From an uncultured Bdellovibrionales bacterium (GTDB lineage: Bacteria > Patescibacteriota > Minisyncoccia > Moranbacterales > GWC2-37-73): 64,000 nt of DNA. Location: NCBI GenBank assembly GCA_964609855.1, contig CAZSTB010000001.1, positions 119,170-183,169 on the forward strand. Reading direction: 5' to 3'. Below, in pieces: positions 60,299-64,000 of this stretch; position 1 is the first letter of the stretch, and every line of letters begins with the position of its first letter. A model generated the notes under the pieces. The model made no database searches, was not told where the DNA came from, and was given only the letters and a program-made list of their open reading frames with translations. A program made the translations under genes and the position numbers.

Positions 60299-60760
60299 AA
60301 TTTCTAATTTTCAATTTTCAATTTCTAAACAATTTCCAATTCATAAATTTTCAATTGCATGAATTATGATTTAGAAAATAGAACAAGAAAATTCAGTAAA
60401 GAAATTATTGGATTCTTAAAGCGTTTGAAGAAAGATGATATCAATAAAAGTATGGTTTCTCAGCTAGTAAGGTCTGCAACTAGTGTGGGAGCTAACTATT
60501 GCGAGGCAAATGGTGCAAGCTCCAAGAAAGACTTCAAAAACAAAATATTTATCTGCAGAAAAGAAATTCAGGAAACTAAATACTGGCTTGAACTCATAGC
60601 TGAATCGAATGATGAAGAAAAGGAAAATCTGAAAATTCTTTGGAAAGAAGCTCATGAGCTGACATTAATTTTTAATAAGATATCCTCAACCCTAAATAGT
60701 GAATTGAAAAATTGAAAATTGATCTATTGTTTGAAAATTGAAAATTAGAAATTGAAAATT
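60299..60760. repeat. Inverted arms of 7-mer tandem repeats flanking the four-helix-bundle gene
   Basis: Left 60299-60356 (AATTTTC)n; right 60702-60760 (GAAAATT)n; both interrupted by AAACAAT/ATTGTTT at matching positions. Confidence 0.9.
60359..60715 (+). CDS. Four helix bundle protein (TIGR02436/23S rRNA IVP family)
   Basis: DLENRT..F, QLVRSATSVGANYCEA, SKKDF, KEIQETKYWLEL. Confidence 0.93.
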   Translation: MNYDLENRTRKFSKEIIGFLKRLKKDDINKSMVSQLVRSATSVGANYCEANGASSKKDFKNKIFICRKEIQETKYWLELIAESNDEEKENLKILWKEAHELTLIFNKISSTLNSELKN

Positions 60761-60812
60761 AACAAACAGGTTCTCCCTGTTTTTTTATATAAAGTTCCCT
60801 TATAATGAGTCT

Positions 60813-61544
60813 ATGCTCAAGATAAACAATCTCCACGTGAAATACAGAGGCGCAAATACTCCCTCCATCCAGGATGTTTCTTTTGAGGTGGAGAAGGGGG
60901 ATCGAGTTGCAATTTTGGGGCCGTCGGGATGCGGGAAGAGCACGACGTTGAATGCTATCGCGGGACTTTTGGATGAAAAAAATGTTGAAATTAAGGGAGA
61001 AATAAAATGGAATGATATGGAAAAAACTGAGCTCGGCTCCGGAGAGCCCCCTGTTATCCGTATGGTTTTTCAAGAAGCCACACTGCTTCCCTGGAGGACG
61101 GTTGAGAAAAATATCGCTTTCGGTTTGGAAATCAAGAAACTGCCAAAAAATGAAATCAAAAGCAGGGTAGCAGAAATGCTCAGAGTCGTAGGGCTTTTGG
61201 AAAATGCTAAGAGTTATCCGCATGAGCTTTCGGTCGGCATGCAGCAACGGGTGAATTTTGCTCGCGCCCTCGTTTGTGAACCGGAGCTGCTTTTGATGGA
61301 TGAACCATTTTCCGCGTTGGATGTGGAAACCAAGAAAAAACTGCAAGAAGAATTTTCAAGAATCATCAATGAAAAGAAAATGACAACGATTTTCGTGACT
61401 CACAATATCCAAGAAGCGCTTTCCATGTCGGACAATGTCATAACTTTTTCCGCCGCTCCAGCTGTAGTTGAAAACATTTTTGCCAGTACAGCTATTTTTG
61501 GGGGTGATGAGTGTGTTATAAATTTTGAACAATATGAAGGATAA
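60813..61544 (+). CDS. ABC ATP-binding protein (nitrate/sulfonate/taurine type)
   Basis: GPSGCGKST, VFQEATLLPWRTV, LSVGMQQR, LLMDEPFSALD. Confidence 0.92.
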   Translation: MLKINNLHVKYRGANTPSIQDVSFEVEKGDRVAILGPSGCGKSTTLNAIAGLLDEKNVEIKGEIKWNDMEKTELGSGEPPVIRMVFQEATLLPWRTVEKNIAFGLEIKKLPKNEIKSRVAEMLRVVGLLENAKSYPHELSVGMQQRVNFARALVCEPELLLMDEPFSALDVETKKKLQEEFSRIINEKKMTTIFVTHNIQEALSMSDNVITFSAAPAVVENIFASTAIFGGDECVINFEQYEG

Positions 61545-62298
61545 ATTAATTGAATTTTTTAGTAGGTATGTGCACAGCATACTATCCCTAGCTTTTTTTA
61601 TGTTGGCGTGGCAGGCGCTCATACCATTTTTTGAAAAAGAGCTTTTTTTTAGTACTCCACTGAATATCTTGCATGAAGGGTTTGAACTTATTGTGTCTGG
61701 TTATTTAGCCCCACATCTGATGTTTAGCTTGGGGATGCTGCTGGTTGGTTTTTTGGCGGCACTTATTCTAGGTATAATCTCAGGTATTATTCTTGGTTTG
61801 CACACATGGCTACGTAGCTTTTTAAATCCATATGTGTATCTCCTGAATACTACTCCACTTATCGCAATCATGCCGCTGCTTATCATATGGTTTGGGATAG
61901 GAATTTCTTCCAAAATTTTTATAGTATTTCTTATGGCTTTTGTGCCTATCTTGATCAGTACTATTGAGGGTGTTAAGAATGTTGACGCGTCCAGGATTTC
62001 CATGGCTCGTTCTTTTGGGGCTGGAACGTTTGAGATAATAAAATCTGTTATGTTTTTAGATGCGCTGCCATTTATTATTTCGGGAGCTAGAATTGCGATT
62101 GGTCGGTCATTGATCGGGCTGGTTTTGTCGGAAGCATTTGGTAGTGGAAAGGGTATAGGATATCTCGTTTCTTTTTATGGAATAACGTTTCAGACAAGTA
62201 GGCTTATGTTTATGGTGTTTTTATTTTTTTTCTTAGCATTTGTTGCAAATATGACAGTTTTTGCTTTGGAGAAAAAGATGTTAAGATATAGAAATTAA
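61525..62298 (+). CDS. ABC permease (SsuC/TauC type)
   Basis: PLIAIMPLLIIWFGIG, MARSFGA (EAA loop), ALPFIISGARIA. Confidence 0.92.
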   Translation: MNNMKDKLIEFFSRYVHSILSLAFFMLAWQALIPFFEKELFFSTPLNILHEGFELIVSGYLAPHLMFSLGMLLVGFLAALILGIISGIILGLHTWLRSFLNPYVYLLNTTPLIAIMPLLIIWFGIGISSKIFIVFLMAFVPILISTIEGVKNVDASRISMARSFGAGTFEIIKSVMFLDALPFIISGARIAIGRSLIGLVLSEAFGSGKGIGYLVSFYGITFQTSRLMFMVFLFFFLAFVANMTVFALEKKMLRYRN

Positions 62299-62316
62299 TT
62301 TCAATCAAACTTTCTC

Positions 62317-63303
62317 ATGAAAAAGATAATCTTAATTGTAGTTTTCTTTGTTACTATAAGCTCCGGAATATTTTTTTTGATTTATAATCAAAAGGAAAAG
62401 AAGAATAGTGTGAAAGTTTCAGATAATAAACTTACGATGGTGATTCCCAGGAGTGTGCAAGAGGCAAATTTTTTGTTTGATTTTGCTAATGATAATGGAT
62501 ATTTTGAAAAAGAGGCTCTTCAAGTTGAGCGAGTATATGCAGAACAAAATACTTTTCAAATGTTTATTGCCGGGGGAGCGGACGTGTATTCCGCAGGGGC
62601 AAACAGCGCTGTCATTGCTTATATGAATGGTCAAGAACCTCGAATAATTGCAAGACTAGTGGGGCTTTATAGCACGTATGCCTTAGGAAGGTTTCCTAAG
62701 GACGAAATATCTTCAGTGAAACGCGTAGGCGTTGCAAGTCAGACAAGCGAACTTGTTCCTCAGGCCAAGGATATGCTTGCTCAGATGGGAGCCGATTTGA
62801 ATTTGATTGAGATGATTTCTTTTCCAGATGATAGCCCACGCTTTGCAGCTTTCGAAAGAGGCGATTTGGATTTTGTGGTTCTTAATTCGCCGAGTCTTAT
62901 GGAAAAGATTGATATTAATAAATATCACTTTTTTAAATATGAAGATTTTGAGCAATCTCTTCCTTATGATAAATTCCTGATAACCACTGACGCAGCTATA
63001 CAGGAAAAGGAATCGCAATTGCAAAAACTTGTCTTTGCTTACCGCAAAGCTCTCCTCTATATAGATGGGCATCCCGAGGAAGTTCGCAGATATCTGATTG
63101 AAAAGCATAGCTTTTCAGAAGATAAGGCTAAAAAGTATTACGGTTCGTTTGAATTGGCACACCAAGAGAAAAATGTCATACCGGAAATAAACAAGTTGTC
63201 TCCCTTGATGGAGCAGGTTTCTGCGGACATTAAATTTAAGGAGAAAAGGGCATTGAGTGGCATTATCTATGAAGAATTTGCCAAGAAAGAAATGGCTTTG
63301 TGA
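62317..63303 (+). CDS. ABC substrate-binding protein (SsuA/NMT1 type)
   Basis: TM anchor; A.DNGYFEKEALQVE, AFERGDLD, RKALLYIDGHPEE. Confidence 0.85.
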   Translation: MKKIILIVVFFVTISSGIFFLIYNQKEKKNSVKVSDNKLTMVIPRSVQEANFLFDFANDNGYFEKEALQVERVYAEQNTFQMFIAGGADVYSAGANSAVIAYMNGQEPRIIARLVGLYSTYALGRFPKDEISSVKRVGVASQTSELVPQAKDMLAQMGADLNLIEMISFPDDSPRFAAFERGDLDFVVLNSPSLMEKIDINKYHFFKYEDFEQSLPYDKFLITTDAAIQEKESQLQKLVFAYRKALLYIDGHPEEVRRYLIEKHSFSEDKAKKYYGSFELAHQEKNVIPEINKLSPLMEQVSADIKFKEKRALSGIIYEEFAKKEMAL

Positions 63304-63348
63304 AAATAATTTGTTCAGCTTGTGATATAAGATAGCCAACTTTTTTGG

Positions 63349-63999
63349 TTATTTTATATGTGAAATGATGTTCTTGCTTTTAGCTCCCAATGGCCAAGTG
63401 TCTACGAAAGTTATTTCAAGCGGTAGGAAGATATTTTTCGAAATAAAATCTGACAAGGTCATTTTTCCGGAGAGTTGAAGGGAGTTGCTGATCTTTTCTT
63501 TAAGAATTTGTAATAGGAGCTCATCTTTTTTTGAGTTTTCGAATTCTTTTTTCAATTTAAGGTGTAGCTCTAATTGTGGGTAAGGTTTTCCATTGATGGA
63601 TTTTTCTATGATATGTAATTGGAACCGAGGCTCTGCGACATCAGTTATTTTTGCTATTGCTTTCGCAACCAATTCTGAATATATGATCGCGCCATGTGTT
63701 TTTAATGCATCAAATCCCATTCTCCCTTCGATTGAGAAAAAGATATCATTTCCGCATGGACATAGTTTTCGATTTAGAGAGCCGGCATCACTCAGCTTGT
63801 AGCGGATTAAGGGAAAAGGTTTTTTCTTAAGGTCGGTGTGAATCATTTCCCCAACTTCTTTGAATGGGGTGAGATTACCTTCTTCATCAACTATTTCAAT
63901 AAGCTCCACTTGTTTGTCTATATGAAAAATACCAGGCCCTTCATTCTTGGTTAAATTTTGACATCTGAAATGGCGTGATCCTCCGCCTATTTCAGAATT
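63349..63999 (-). CDS. Phenylacetate-CoA ligase-like adenylate-forming enzyme (5'-truncated)
   Basis: Frame open to window end (NSEIGG...); PLIRYKLSD, CPCG, IEGR. Confidence 0.8.
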   Translation of the reverse strand, partial: NSEIGGGSRHFRCQNLTKNEGPGIFHIDKQVELIEIVDEEGNLTPFKEVGEMIHTDLKKKPFPLIRYKLSDAGSLNRKLCPCGNDIFFSIEGRMGFDALKTHGAIIYSELVAKAIAKITDVAEPRFQLHIIEKSINGKPYPQLELHLKLKKEFENSKKDELLLQILKEKISNSLQLSGKMTLSDFISKNIFLPLEITFVDTWPLGAKSKNIISHIK

Positions 64000-64000
64000 T

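Noticed and set aside
58779-60715. Diversity-generating retroelement (FISUMP target plus Avd-like gene)
   Set aside because: No reverse transcriptase in the window, no template repeat matching the FISUMP 3' end that I could find, and the helical protein has TIGR02436 motifs; a remote DGR cannot be excluded

Overview
AT-rich bacterial chromosome segment. Gene content, compact operons and the absence of Shine-Dalgarno (SD) motifs before most housekeeping genes suggest a Patescibacteria/CPR organism, possibly Moranbacteria-like; this is inference. About 65 CDS are present: translation GTPases/ATPases (ABC-F, rsgA, obgE, engB, typA), msrBA, an ECF sigma/anti-sigma/MacAB-type operon, a MarR-RND efflux unit, rarA, dus, lgt, cell-envelope enzymes and many membrane or secreted hypotheticals. 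I found no rRNA, tRNA, CRISPR array, integrase or transposase. Highlights: (1) a three-gene polysaccharide operon whose central 922-aa protein fuses a processive GT2 synthase, a LysM-like module and an AlgG-type beta-helix with an intact YGIDPHD motif, a candidate single-polypeptide alginate-like synthase-epimerase; (2) a four-helix-bundle gene enclosed by ~58-bp inverted arms of 7-mer tandem repeats, with similar repeat arrays but no cargo gene elsewhere; (3) two pairs of dispersed non-coding structured elements with compensatory base changes; (4) three paralogous membrane-anchored lysozyme-like proteins; (5) a SET-domain protein, a PPPLP-repeat protein and ORFans with strong SD sites.
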